NCBI GenBank assembly: GCA_964536865.1
Contig: CAZHYN010000001.1
Location: 30,001 to 62,000 of the forward strand
Length of the DNA: 32,000 nt
Direction of reading: 5' to 3'
From: an uncultured Planctomycetia bacterium
GTDB lineage: Bacteria > Omnitrophota > Gorgyraeia > Duberdicusellales > 4484-171
In this document: one piece after another, positions 15,859-24,664 of the stretch
Numbering within the stretch: position 1 is the first letter of the stretch
Layout: every line of letters begins with the position of its first letter
Program-made: the position numbers and the translations under genes
Notes under the pieces: generated by a model
Told to the model about the DNA's origin: nothing
The model's database searches: none
Seen by the model: the letters and a program-made list of their open reading frames with translations, nothing else

Positions 15859-16906
15859 AGAGAAAGTTTTAATCACCGGTAATGAAGCTATAGGAGAAGG
15901 AGCGATAAAAGCAGGTTGCCGTTTTTACGCTGGCTACCCTATCACCCCCCAAAATGAACTAACCGCTTATATGGCTAAAAGGATGGATGAGGTGGGAGGC
16001 ATTTTTATTCAAGCGGAGTCGGAGTTAGCGGCAATAAATATGGTGTTTGGTGCGTCAGCTTCAGGGTTCCGAGCTATGACTACTTCTTCTAGTCCAGGAA
16101 TTTCTTTAAAACAAGAGGGAATATCTTATCTTTGTGGATGTCAACTTCCCTGTGTGATTGTAAATATAATGAGGGGAGGACCAGGATTAGGAAATATTGC
16201 TCCTTCCCAAAGTGATTATTTTCAAGCAACAAAAGGAGGAGGTCATGGAGATTACCGCCTTATAGTGTTAGCTCCCTCAAGTGTAGAAGAGGCATTTAAC
16301 CTCACTATGTTAGGATTTGATTTGGCAGATAAGTATAGGAATCCCGTGATGATTCTTGGAGATGCTTTCTTAGGACAGATGGCGGAAGTAGTGAGTTTAA
16401 GAGAGAGAAGGAGAGGTAGAGTTTATAAAAAGGAATGGGCATTAACAGGAGCTAAGAACCGAACTCCTCGTGTTATAAGATCACTCTTTTTAAAAGAGGG
16501 AGTTTTAGAAGAGCACAATAAAGCCCTTCAGAGAAAGTATGCTTTGATAGAAAGGAAGGAGAAACGCTGGGAAGAGATAAGTCTAAATAATACTGAGATA
16601 ATCTTTGTTGCTTATGGTATTTCTTTTAGGATAGCTTACGAAGCAGCAAAGATTTTAGAAAAAGAAGGTGTGAAGGTAGGAGTGTTTAGGCCAATAACTC
16701 TGTGGCCTTACCCTTCCGCTCCTCTTAGAAAGGTTTCTGAGGGTAAAAAAGCAATTTTTGTCTTTGAGCTCTCCAGTGGTCAGATGGTAGAAGATGTAAG
16801 ATTAGCTGTGGGAGAAAGGCTCCCTGTTTACTTCTATGGTCGTATGGGAGGAGGGGTTTTTAATGAGGAAGAGTTAGTTAAGTTTGTTAAGAAAAAGTTA
16901 AGATAG
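15839..16906 (+). CDS. korA: 2-oxoacid:ferredoxin oxidoreductase alpha subunit. The D-A-B-G gene order resembles 2-oxoglutarate (Oor/Kor) enzymes.
   Basis: VLITGNEAIGEGAIKAGCRFYAGYPITPQNE is a typical OFOR alpha N-terminus. ATG 15839 is preferred over the ORF-track TTG at 15821, but the SD spacing is poor for both, so the start is uncertain. Confidence 0.85.
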   Translation: MPQKKSREKVLITGNEAIGEGAIKAGCRFYAGYPITPQNELTAYMAKRMDEVGGIFIQAESELAAINMVFGASASGFRAMTTSSSPGISLKQEGISYLCGCQLPCVIVNIMRGGPGLGNIAPSQSDYFQATKGGGHGDYRLIVLAPSSVEEAFNLTMLGFDLADKYRNPVMILGDAFLGQMAEVVSLRERRRGRVYKKEWALTGAKNRTPRVIRSLFLKEGVLEEHNKALQRKYALIERKEKRWEEISLNNTEIIFVAYGISFRIAYEAAKILEKEGVKVGVFRPITLWPYPSAPLRKVSEGKKAIFVFELSSGQMVEDVRLAVGERLPVYFYGRMGGGVFNEEELVKFVKKKLR

Positions 16907-16931
16907 CTATGGTCTTAGTATACCAAAATCT

Positions 16932-17669
16932 ATGAAGAGAAAAGAAATTATAAAACCGCCTAAGAGTTTAAGAAAAGTGCCTACTCATTACTGCCCTGGT
17001 TGCGGTCATGGGATAGCTCACAGAATCGTTGCTGAGGTAGTAGATGAGTTAGAGATAAGAGAAAAGACTGTAGGAGTAGCTCCTGTAGGATGTAGTGTGA
17101 TAGCTTACGATTACTGGGATTTTGATGTTAGTGAAGCTGCTCATGGAAGAGCTTTGGCGGTAGCTACAGGGATAAAAAGGTGCAGACCTAATCTTGTAGT
17201 ATTTACTTATCAAGGAGACGGGGATCTTGCTTCTATTGGTATAGCAGAGACTCTTCATTGTGCTAATCGAGGAGAAAACTTAACTTGTATTTTCATAAAT
17301 AATGCTGGCTATGGAATGACAGGAGGGCAGATGGCTCCCACTACTTTAGTGGGACAAAAGACGGCTACTACTCCTTGGGGAAGAAATCCGCAAAGAAAGG
17401 AAGGGTTTCCTTTAAAAGTTTGTGAATTGTTAGCTAACCTTCCTGGAGTAGTTTACTTAGAGAGGGTTTCTCTTGCTAATCCTTCTCAAGTAGTAAAAGC
17501 TAAGAGGGCAATTAAAGAGGCATTTCTTAATCAGATAGAAGGAAAAGGGTTTTCTTTAGTGGAAGTTTTAAGCCCTTGTCCTACTGTCTGGCGGATGAGT
17601 GCTCCTGAAGCAGTAAGATGGATAGAAGAAGTGATGCAAAAGACCTTCCCTTTAGGGAGAATAAAGTGA
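16932..17669 (+). CDS. korB: 2-oxoacid:ferredoxin oxidoreductase beta subunit (TPP-binding)
   Basis: 245 aa. HYCPGCGHG, and the TPP motif YQGDGDLASIG...NNAGYGMTGGQ. Confidence 0.9.
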   Translation: MKRKEIIKPPKSLRKVPTHYCPGCGHGIAHRIVAEVVDELEIREKTVGVAPVGCSVIAYDYWDFDVSEAAHGRALAVATGIKRCRPNLVVFTYQGDGDLASIGIAETLHCANRGENLTCIFINNAGYGMTGGQMAPTTLVGQKTATTPWGRNPQRKEGFPLKVCELLANLPGVVYLERVSLANPSQVVKAKRAIKEAFLNQIEGKGFSLVEVLSPCPTVWRMSAPEAVRWIEEVMQKTFPLGRIK

Positions 17670-18205
17670 CTACTACTTCTAAGTTAGAGGAAAGGATTTT
17701 TATTGCTGGATTTGGAGGTCAAGGAGTGATGGTTTTGGGGAAAATTTTAGCTTGGGCAGGATTAAGGGAGAAGTGGGTGGTTAGCTGGTTGCCTTCTTAT
17801 GGAGCAGAGATGCGCGGAGGCACTGCTCATTGTTTCGTGAGGTTAGCTTCTGGAAAGATTAGCTCTCCTACTTTTGTATACCCTACGGTAGCGTTCGTTT
17901 TTAACCAACTTAGTTGGGATAAGTTCACTCCTAAAGTAAAGAAAGCTAAATTAGTAATTGTTAATAGCTCACTAGTAAAAAGTAGGTATTTTCCTTCTAA
18001 TGTGAGCTTAATTCCTCTTAACCAATTAGCTTTAGAGATAGGTTCTCTTAAGTTGGTTAATACTGTAGCTTTAGGATTCTTTTTAAAGAAGAGGAAATTG
18101 TTAAAGCTTTCCACAGTAGAGAGTGTTTTAAAAAATTTTTTTAAAGAGAGAAAAATCGTTGAAATGAATTTAAGGGCTCTGCAAGTAGGGATAAATTATG
18201 GTTAA
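17666..18205 (+). CDS. korC: 2-oxoacid:ferredoxin oxidoreductase gamma subunit, GTG start overlapping the korB stop (GTGA)
   Basis: IFIAGFGGQGVMVLGKILA is a typical gamma-subunit N-terminus. SD GGGAGA at 17654-17659, 6 nt before GTG 17666. The ORF-track start at 17618 would add 16 residues that have no SD and overlap korB. Confidence 0.82.
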   Translation: MTTTSKLEERIFIAGFGGQGVMVLGKILAWAGLREKWVVSWLPSYGAEMRGGTAHCFVRLASGKISSPTFVYPTVAFVFNQLSWDKFTPKVKKAKLVIVNSSLVKSRYFPSNVSLIPLNQLALEIGSLKLVNTVALGFFLKKRKLLKLSTVESVLKNFFKERKIVEMNLRALQVGINYG

Positions 18206-19487
18206 AACACGGTTTGCCCCTTCTCCTACAGGATTCCTTCATCTTGGAGGAGCAAGAACTTGTTTGTTTAGCTGGCTTTATGCTCGCAAGAGTAGAGGAA
18301 AATTTATTTTAAGGATTGAAGATACTGACCGCCTTCGTTCCAAGAAAGAATACTTAGAGGAAATTTTAGAAAGTTTAGTCTGGTTAGGCATTGATTGGGA
18401 CGAGATTTTTTATCAGTCCCAGCGACTTTCTATTTACCGAGAGTATGCCCAAAAATTAGTAGAGGAAGGGAAGGCTTACTATCGAGAGGGAGCAATATTT
18501 TTTAAGTATCAATTTGATGAAGTAGAAATAGAGGATTTAATAAGAGGGAGAGTTACCTTTAGAGAACTTCCTAAGCAAGAGGAGGTAATTATAAAAAGCG
18601 ACGGTACCCCTACTTACAACTTTGCTTGTAGTGTAGATGATGCTTTAATGGGAATAACTCACGTAATAAGAGGAGAAGATCATCTTTCCAACACTCCTAA
18701 GCAAATTTTGATGTATAAGGCTTTAGGGATTTTTCCCCCCCAGTTTGCTCATATTCCCATGATTTTATCCCAAAGTGGAGGGAAAATGTCTAAACGAGAA
18801 GGAGCCACTTCTATAAGAGAGTATAGAACTCAAGGATATCTACCGCAAGCAGTAGTAAATTATCTTCTTCTCTTAGGTTGGTCTCCTGGAGGAAATAAAG
18901 AGATAATTTCCTTGAGAGAGGCAAGTCAGCTTTTTGAGTTAAAAGATGTGAATAAGAATTCCTCTACTTTCTCCCAAGATAAATTTGATTGGCTTAATGC
19001 TCAATATATAAAACTGAAGCCAATAGACGAACTTACTACTTTAGTGAAAGAGTTTTTAGAAGAAAAAAAATTTTTACCCCAGGGAGTAACGCTTGATTAC
19101 TTAAGAAAAGTGGTAGTTCTCTTTAAAGAGAGAATTTCCAAGTTGGCAGATCTTATGGATTGGGGATACTTTTGCTTCCATGACGATTTTTCTTACTCTT
19201 CGGATACCCAGGATATTTTAAAAAGAAAATTATCCAGAGAAATGGGGGTGTTAATAGAGAGGCTTTCCCAAATAGAGGATTTTACTAAAGAAAATATAGA
19301 GAAAGAATTTCGCCAAACCGCTCATTTTTTAGGATTGAGAGCAAAAGATTTAGTGCACCCTACCCGTATAGCTCTAACGGGAAGAAAAGTTGGCCCTGGC
19401 CTTTTTGAGACTATGGAAGTTTTAGGGAAAGAGAAGGTAATAAAGAGATTAAGAAGACTGTGTGATTGGTGGAAGGAAAGAGATTAG
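18198..19487 (+). CDS. gltX: Glutamyl-tRNA synthetase (short, 429 aa)
   Basis: RFAPSPTGFLHLGGARTCLF (HIGH-type motif), KMSKR, and the GltX catalytic core. 8-nt overlap with korC. Confidence 0.93.
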   Translation: MVKTRFAPSPTGFLHLGGARTCLFSWLYARKSRGKFILRIEDTDRLRSKKEYLEEILESLVWLGIDWDEIFYQSQRLSIYREYAQKLVEEGKAYYREGAIFFKYQFDEVEIEDLIRGRVTFRELPKQEEVIIKSDGTPTYNFACSVDDALMGITHVIRGEDHLSNTPKQILMYKALGIFPPQFAHIPMILSQSGGKMSKREGATSIREYRTQGYLPQAVVNYLLLLGWSPGGNKEIISLREASQLFELKDVNKNSSTFSQDKFDWLNAQYIKLKPIDELTTLVKEFLEEKKFLPQGVTLDYLRKVVVLFKERISKLADLMDWGYFCFHDDFSYSSDTQDILKRKLSREMGVLIERLSQIEDFTKENIEKEFRQTAHFLGLRAKDLVHPTRIALTGRKVGPGLFETMEVLGKEKVIKRLRRLCDWWKERD

Positions 19488-19495
19488 TATTTTTC

Positions 19496-19524
19496 TTGAC
19501 AAATTTCTTCTTTTAGGGTATATT
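19496..19524 (+). promoter_or_regulatory. Sigma70-type promoter of the pyr operon: TTGACA, 17-nt spacer, TATATT
   Basis: TTGACA at 19496-19501 and TATATT at 19519-19524. The 11-mer TTTTCTTGACA is identical to the one at 29591-29601. Confidence 0.65.
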
Positions 19525-19539
19525 TGAGAAAACCTTTAA

Positions 19540-19559
19540 GCTGGTCCCGTGAGGCCAGC
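19540..19559 (+). promoter_or_regulatory. PyrR-binding hairpin (pyr attenuator binding loop)
   Basis: GCUGG-UCCCGUGAGG-CCAGC. The core GGUCCCGUGAGGCC matches the PyrR box consensus ARUCCAGAGAGGYU at 11 of 14 positions, including UCC and GAGG. It sits in the leader of an operon whose first gene is pyrR. Confidence 0.7.
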
Positions 19560-19572
19560 AAGGAGAGGAACA

Positions 19573-19632
19573 ATGAAAAAGAAATTTAAAATTAAAAACC
19601 CACTTTCAAAGAGTGGGTTTTATTTTTTTTAA
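19573..19632 (+). CDS. Candidate 19-aa pyr leader peptide ([19 protein letters not shown])
   Basis: SD AAGGAGAGG (19560-19568) lies 4 nt before the ATG. The ORF reads through both arms of the terminator hairpin. Its stop TAA (19630-32) is 1 nt before the pyrR ATG (19634), and pyrR has no SD. Confidence 0.5.
   Translation: MKKKFKIKNPLSKSGFYFF
19597..19630 (+). terminator. Intrinsic terminator / attenuator in the pyr leader
   Basis: AACCCACU (19597-19604), loop UUCAAAG, AGUGGGUU (19612-19619), then UUAUUUUUUUU. An 8-bp GC-containing stem plus a long U tract, located between the promoter and pyrR. Confidence 0.8.
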
Positions 19633-19633
19633 A

Positions 19634-20188
19634 ATGAAGTTTAGAGAGAAAGCAAAGATTCTATCTTCCCAAGATATAAAAAGAATCCTTCACCGCCTAA
19701 CTCATCAAATTTTAGAGAAAAATCCTGATCCTTACGAACTTGTTATTGTAGGAATTCAAACACGCGGTGTTTACTTAGCCAAGAGGATTCAAGAAATTAT
19801 AGAGAAGGTAGAAGGTGTAAGGTTGCCTTTAGGGATTTTAGATATCACTCTATATCGAGATGATTTGACGATGATAAGGGAGGTTCCTTTAGTGAAGGAG
19901 ACTAAAATCAGTTTTGATTTAAGTGATAAAGTGGTGATTTTAATAGACGACGTTTTGTTTACAGGAAGAACAGTAAGGTGCGCTTTAGATGAGATTATGG
20001 ATTTTGGTCGTCCTAAGAGAATAGAGCTTTTAGTTCTTATTGACCGAGGTCATCGTGAGCTCCCTATAAGGGCAGATTTTGTGGGTAAAAATATTCCTAC
20101 TGCTAAGAGAGAGTTGGTAGAGGTGAAACTTACTGAGATAGATGGAATCGATGAGGTGGTGATTTTAGAGAAAGAAGAGGATGATTAA
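19634..20188 (+). CDS. pyrR: Bifunctional pyr operon regulator / uracil phosphoribosyltransferase PyrR
   Basis: 184 aa from ATG 19634 ([29 protein letters not shown]). PRTase motif [13 protein letters not shown]. The ORF-track GTG at 19613 lies inside the terminator stem and is rejected. Confidence 0.9.
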   Translation: MKFREKAKILSSQDIKRILHRLTHQILEKNPDPYELVIVGIQTRGVYLAKRIQEIIEKVEGVRLPLGILDITLYRDDLTMIREVPLVKETKISFDLSDKVVILIDDVLFTGRTVRCALDEIMDFGRPKRIELLVLIDRGHRELPIRADFVGKNIPTAKRELVEVKLTEIDGIDEVVILEKEEDD

Positions 20189-21125
20189 CTGGCAGAAGAA
20201 ACATATTCTAGGGATAAAAGATTTGACTCGCCAGGAGATGGAGATAGTATTTAATCTAGCAACGTCTTTTAAAGAGCTTTCTCAAAGAGAAGTGAAAAAG
20301 GCTCCTGCTTTGCGAGGAAAGACCGTGATAAATTTATTTTTTGAAAGCTCTACTCGTACACGCACATCTTTTGAGCTAGCTGCCAAGCGTTTAAGTGCCG
20401 ATGTGTTAAATTTTTCTTCCTCAACAAGTAGTCTTAGCAAAGGAGAAACAATAGTCGATACTATTAAGAATTTAGAGTCTTATCATCCTGATATTTTAGT
20501 GATAAGGGTAGGCTACTCTAATTCTCTTCAGTTTCTTTCTCAATATACCTCTGCTAGCATAGTTAACGCAGGAGACGGTGCTAATGAGCATCCTACGCAA
20601 GCTTTACTTGATATGTTTACAGTTAAAGAAATAAAGGGAACTTTGGAAGGATTATCTGTGCTAATTGTGGGAGATATAAAACACTCTCGGGTAGCACGCT
20701 CTAACATCTTTGGATTTCAAAAATTTTCCTCTTCTCTTAAAGTATGTGGGCCACCTACTCTTATTCCCTATGAATTTCATAAGTTAGGAGTGGATATTTC
20801 TTATAATTTGGATGAGTGTCTTCCTCAAGCAGATGTGATAATTTTTTTGAGAATTCAATGGGAACGGCAGAAATCTTCTTTTTTCCCTAGTATAAGAGAA
20901 TACGTAAGTAACTTTTCTCTCACTCCTGAAAGAATAAAGAGAATAAAAAAGGATTGTCTTATTATGCATCCCGGTCCAGTAAATTGGGATATAGAGATAA
21001 GTTCCCAGTTAAAAGAAAGAATTCACCCTTTAATCCTTAAGCAAGTAGAGAATGGTTTAGCTATAAGAATGGCTACTCTTTATCTTGTAGGGACACAGAA
21101 AGGAGAGTATGAAGATACTAATTAG
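20181..21125 (+). CDS. pyrB: Aspartate carbamoyltransferase catalytic subunit
   Basis: 314 aa. [34 protein letters not shown]. Confidence 0.95.
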   Translation: MINWQKKHILGIKDLTRQEMEIVFNLATSFKELSQREVKKAPALRGKTVINLFFESSTRTRTSFELAAKRLSADVLNFSSSTSSLSKGETIVDTIKNLESYHPDILVIRVGYSNSLQFLSQYTSASIVNAGDGANEHPTQALLDMFTVKEIKGTLEGLSVLIVGDIKHSRVARSNIFGFQKFSSSLKVCGPPTLIPYEFHKLGVDISYNLDECLPQADVIIFLRIQWERQKSSFFPSIREYVSNFSLTPERIKRIKKDCLIMHPGPVNWDIEISSQLKERIHPLILKQVENGLAIRMATLYLVGTQKGEYEDTN

Positions 21126-22398
21126 AGGGGCAAAGATAGTAAATTTTGATAGTATCGTAGAAGCGGATATTTTTATTCGCAATAGTCGTGTTGCTAAGAT
21201 AGGAGAGGTTAATGAGGAGCCAGATAAAATTATTGATGCTCGAGGAAAATTTGTTCTTCCAGGATTGATTGATATGCACACTCATCTACGTACCCCGGGT
21301 AGAGAAGACGAAGAAGATTTGTGGTCTGGGTCAAAAGCAGCAGCTAAAGGTGGTTTTACTACCATCTTCTGTATGCCTAATACTAATCCTGCCTTAGATA
21401 ACCAGGGTCAGGTGAATTGGCTTTTAGAGGAAGCAGAAAAAGTTGGGATATTAGAGATTCTTCCTGTGGGTGCGATTACTAAAGGCAGAGAAGGGAAAGA
21501 GTTATCGGAATTTGGAATGCTTAAACAAGCAGGATGTCTCTGTTTAAGTGATGATGGCAACCCCTTAGAAGATTCTTCTCTTTTAAGAAGAGCTTTAGAG
21601 TATGCTAAGATGTATGGTCTGCTTATTATTTCCCATTGTGAAGATAAAAACCTTTCTGCCTCAGGAAGTCTACGAGAGCACCTCATTTCCTCTAAGTATG
21701 GAGTGGAAGGGATTCCTTGGGCGAGTGAAAGCATAGCAGTATTTAGAGATGTAGAGTTAGCAAGGTACTTAGACACAAAAATCCATATTGCTCACGTAAG
21801 TAGTAAAAGGAGTCTCCAAATTATAAAAAGAGCTAAAGAGGAAGGGGTAAAGGTAAGTTGCGAGACCGCCCCTCATTACTTTACTCTTACTATAGAAGAT
21901 TTAGAGAAGAGTCATTTTCACCCTAACTTTAAAGTCAATCCTCCTTTAGGAGATAGAGAGGATCTAGAGGCAATAAGAGAAGGTTTAAAAGAAGGGGTAA
22001 TTGATTGCATTGCTACTGATCATGCTCCTCACTCTCAGGGAGAGAAGGAGTTACCTTTTGAAGAAGCACCTCCTGGAGTTATAGGACTGGAATTAGCATT
22101 TTCTCTTTCCTATACTTATTTGGTGAAGAAACAGATATTAGATTTAAAAGACCTTGTAAAACTAATGTCTTATAATCCTGCAAATATCTTAGGTCTTAAG
22201 GATAAGGGGTATATAAAAGAGGGAGCTTGGGCAGATTTAGTTATTATAGATTTATCTAAGAGTTGGCAAGTACTCCCTCATAAACTTTTTTCTAAATCCA
22301 AAAATACACCGTTTATTGGTCATACTCTCGAAGGGGTAGTAGAGTACACTATCAGTAGAGGTAAGGTTGTTTATACTGAGAAAAATAAAAATGGTTAA
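21109..22398 (+). CDS. pyrC: Dihydroorotase
   Basis: 429 aa. GLIDMHTHLR (HxH metal site), IATDHAPH, amidohydrolase fold. Follows pyrB. Confidence 0.93.
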   Translation: MKILIRGAKIVNFDSIVEADIFIRNSRVAKIGEVNEEPDKIIDARGKFVLPGLIDMHTHLRTPGREDEEDLWSGSKAAAKGGFTTIFCMPNTNPALDNQGQVNWLLEEAEKVGILEILPVGAITKGREGKELSEFGMLKQAGCLCLSDDGNPLEDSSLLRRALEYAKMYGLLIISHCEDKNLSASGSLREHLISSKYGVEGIPWASESIAVFRDVELARYLDTKIHIAHVSSKRSLQIIKRAKEEGVKVSCETAPHYFTLTIEDLEKSHFHPNFKVNPPLGDREDLEAIREGLKEGVIDCIATDHAPHSQGEKELPFEEAPPGVIGLELAFSLSYTYLVKKQILDLKDLVKLMSYNPANILGLKDKGYIKEGAWADLVIIDLSKSWQVLPHKLFSKSKNTPFIGHTLEGVVEYTISRGKVVYTEKNKNG

Positions 22399-22852
22399 AT
22401 TTATCCTTACCAAAGAGCTAGGAAGATTAGCTAGATGGTTACGTATTCTAGGGTTTGATACCTACTACTATACCTCTGATAATATGGGCACACTTATAAT
22501 TTATGCCTTAAGGGAAAACAGAGTAATTGTTACTAGAAGAAAACGTGTTGATGATATGAAAGTAGTGGTAGTAGAAACTAATGATGTTAGAAGTCAGATA
22601 AGAGAGTTAGTAGAGAAGTTAAAACTGAAGATAGACGAAAGTTTAATGTTTTCTCGCTGTGTGATATGTAATGAGCCTTTAGAGAAAGTTGATAAAGAAG
22701 AAATCAGAGGAAAGGTTCCTGAATATGTGTATATAAGTCAACAAGAATTTTATCGCTGCCCCAGTTGTCAACGTCTCTATTGGCAAGGAAGTCATTGGGG
22801 TAATGTTAAGGAAATTTTAAAGAAGGTTTTGGCTGGAAATGTTTATAGCTGA
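22391..22852 (+). CDS. Mut7-C / DUF82 PIN-like nuclease domain protein with C-terminal zinc ribbon
   Basis: From ATG 22391: MVKFILTKELGRLARWLRILGFDT (typical DUF82 N-terminus). CVICNEPL ... CPSCQRLYWQGSHW (zinc ribbon). 8-nt overlap with pyrC. Confidence 0.75.
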   Translation: MVKFILTKELGRLARWLRILGFDTYYYTSDNMGTLIIYALRENRVIVTRRKRVDDMKVVVVETNDVRSQIRELVEKLKLKIDESLMFSRCVICNEPLEKVDKEEIRGKVPEYVYISQQEFYRCPSCQRLYWQGSHWGNVKEILKKVLAGNVYS

Positions 22853-24074
22853 TTTTCATATTCATTCTAAGTACTCTCGAGCTACCTCCAAAAATATGAA
22901 TATTTCTAATCTAATAGAATGGGCTCGTTATAAAGGGATTCATCTTTTAGGTACTGGAGATTTTACTCATCATCTGTGGCTTCAGGAGATAAAGCAAAAC
23001 TTAGAGTACCTTCCGGAAAAAGGATTGTTTTTCTCTGAGGGAGTATATTTTATTCTTTCAGGAGAGGTTTCTAATATCTTCTCTGAAAGAGGTAAGGTTT
23101 ATCGGGTGCATAATCTAATTATGGCTCCTTCCTTAGAGATGACGCACCAGATAAATAAGATGTTAAGCTACTACGGAAATTTGGCTTCCGACGGTAGACC
23201 GGTCTTAGGGATAAGTTGTAAAAATTTGGCTGAGGAGCTATTCAAAATTTCTCCCGATATTATGCTTATTCCTGCTCATATCTGGACTCCTTGGTTTGGT
23301 GTATTTGGTTCTAATTCTGGATTTAACTCTTTAGAAGAGGCATTTCAAGAATTCACAGATAAGATTACTGCTTTAGAAACGGGATTAAGTTCCGATCCTC
23401 CTATGAATTGGAGATTGTCTGCGTTAGATAAATTTTCTTTAGTCTCCAATTCCGACTCACACTCTCCTCAAAGAATAGGTAGAGAAGCTAATGTATTCGA
23501 TTGCGAAATTAACTATTGGGAGATCAAGAGAGTCTTAGAGACCAAAGATAAAAATAAATTTTTATACACTGTAGAGTTTTTTCCTCAAGAAGGGAAGTAT
23601 CATTACGATGGACACAGAAATTGTAAGGTAAGGCTTCATCCTAAAGAGACGAAAAAGCATAAAGGAATTTGTCCCGTTTGTGGAAGACCCTTAACTAGAG
23701 GGGTTCTAAATAGAGTTGAAGAATTAGCTGACCGAGAGGAAGAGTTTGTTCCTCCCAACAGCATTGGCTATAAAAGTTTAGTTCCTTTGAGTGAAATTAT
23801 CGCTGAGGCTAGAGGAGTAGATAAAGGTAGTAAAGCAGTAGAGAAGGAGTACTTAAAGTTAGTTAGAGAGTTTGGTTCAGAATTCAATCTTTTAGTAAGC
23901 GTGGAAGAAAATCAACTTTTTTCGCATCTCCCTCCTAAAATAGCTGAAGGGATAAAGAGAGTGAGAGAAGGGAGGTTGAATATCATTCCTGGATTTGATG
24001 GAGAGTATGGAGTAATTAAAATATTTGATCAAACAGAGGATAAAAACAAAGACTCCCAGCTTACTCTTTTCTAA
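22839..24074 (+). CDS. PHP-domain endonuclease Q-like protein (EndoQ family)
   Basis: 411 aa. ADFHIHSKYSRATS (PHP His motif), GTGDFTH, SNSDSHS, and a zinc finger CPVCGRPLTRGVLNRVEELA. Length and layout resemble archaeal/Bacillus EndoQ. Confidence 0.65.
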   Translation: MFIADFHIHSKYSRATSKNMNISNLIEWARYKGIHLLGTGDFTHHLWLQEIKQNLEYLPEKGLFFSEGVYFILSGEVSNIFSERGKVYRVHNLIMAPSLEMTHQINKMLSYYGNLASDGRPVLGISCKNLAEELFKISPDIMLIPAHIWTPWFGVFGSNSGFNSLEEAFQEFTDKITALETGLSSDPPMNWRLSALDKFSLVSNSDSHSPQRIGREANVFDCEINYWEIKRVLETKDKNKFLYTVEFFPQEGKYHYDGHRNCKVRLHPKETKKHKGICPVCGRPLTRGVLNRVEELADREEEFVPPNSIGYKSLVPLSEIIAEARGVDKGSKAVEKEYLKLVREFGSEFNLLVSVEENQLFSHLPPKIAEGIKRVREGRLNIIPGFDGEYGVIKIFDQTEDKNKDSQLTLF

Positions 24075-24571
24075 TGAAAGTAGCAATAGTATTTTATTCC
24101 TTCTCAGGAAATACAGAAAAAGTAGTTCAATTTGTGAAGGATTTTTTTCTAAGAAAAAATATTCCGGTAGAAGTTTTTAGGCTAAAGCCTGTAAAAGAGG
24201 AGGTCTCTTTTTTAAGACAGGGGATACAGGCTTTTTTTAAGAAGACTATTCCTATTTTAGAGATAAATTACGACTTAGGTAGTTATGATTTAGTAGTGTT
24301 TGCCTCTCCTGTTTGGGCATTCACTATCTCCCCCGCCTTAAGAAGTTACCTCAAAAAAGTTAAAAACTTAGAAAGAAAGAAGATAGTTTGCTTTTTAACC
24401 TTTGGAAGTGGAGTTGGGGCAAAGAAAGCTTTAAGAGAATTAGAGGGTATTTTGAAGAGTAAAAGGGCAGAGGTTATATTTTCTAAGAATTTAGTAGGGG
24501 CAAAAGCAGGAGATAGAAGTTATTTAGAGGAGAGCTTTAGATATTTAAATAAGCTTTTTGACTTTCTATAA
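24074..24571 (+). CDS. Flavodoxin-like fold protein
   Basis: 165 aa. MKVAIVFYSFSGNTEKV (flavodoxin FMN phosphate loop) and YDLVVFASPVW. TAATG junction with the upstream gene. Confidence 0.7.
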   Translation: MKVAIVFYSFSGNTEKVVQFVKDFFLRKNIPVEVFRLKPVKEEVSFLRQGIQAFFKKTIPILEINYDLGSYDLVVFASPVWAFTISPALRSYLKKVKNLERKKIVCFLTFGSGVGAKKALRELEGILKSKRAEVIFSKNLVGAKAGDRSYLEESFRYLNKLFDFL

Positions 24572-24580
24572 AAGCAGAGA

Positions 24581-24652
24581 GCCCCTGTAGCTCAACGGAT
24601 AGAGCACAGGCCTCCGGAGCCTGGAATACAGGTTCAATTCCTGTCAGGGGCA
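24581..24652 (+). tRNA. tRNA-Arg (anticodon CCG), CCA not encoded
   Basis: Cloverleaf by hand: acceptor GCCCCUG/CAGGGGC, D arm GCUC-AACGGAUA-GAGC, anticodon arm CAGGC-CUCCGGA-GCCUG, variable GAAU, T arm ACAGG-UUCAAUU-CCUGU, discriminator A. Confidence 0.9.
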
Positions 24653-24664
24653 AAAGAGATTGTT

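Noticed and set aside
18198-18205. Recurrent 8-nt overlap junctions ATGGTTAA (18198 and 22391) and ATGATTAA (20181)
   Set aside because: These look like a motif. They are explained simply by ATG-NTT-AAx codons combined with an upstream TAA stop in an AT-rich genome. There is no evidence of function beyond ordinary translational coupling.
19540-19620. Classical Bacillus-type antiterminator helix between the PyrR hairpin and the terminator
   Set aside because: I found only a weak bulged 5-bp pairing (GUGAGG with CCCAC) by eye. This is not enough to call, so the leader-peptide coupling model is preferred. A folding program should re-test this.
19613-19633. ORF-track GTG start of pyrR at 19613 (MGFIFFK...)
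   Set aside because: The GTG lies inside the 3' arm of the terminator stem and the extension is encoded by the U tract. ATG 19634 gives a normal PyrR N-terminus.
24581-24652. tRNA-Arg as an integration hotspot marking a genomic island
   Set aside because: No integrase, no direct repeat of the tRNA 3' end, and no compositional shift is visible on either side. The flanking genes are overlap-coupled to the pyr/car genes.
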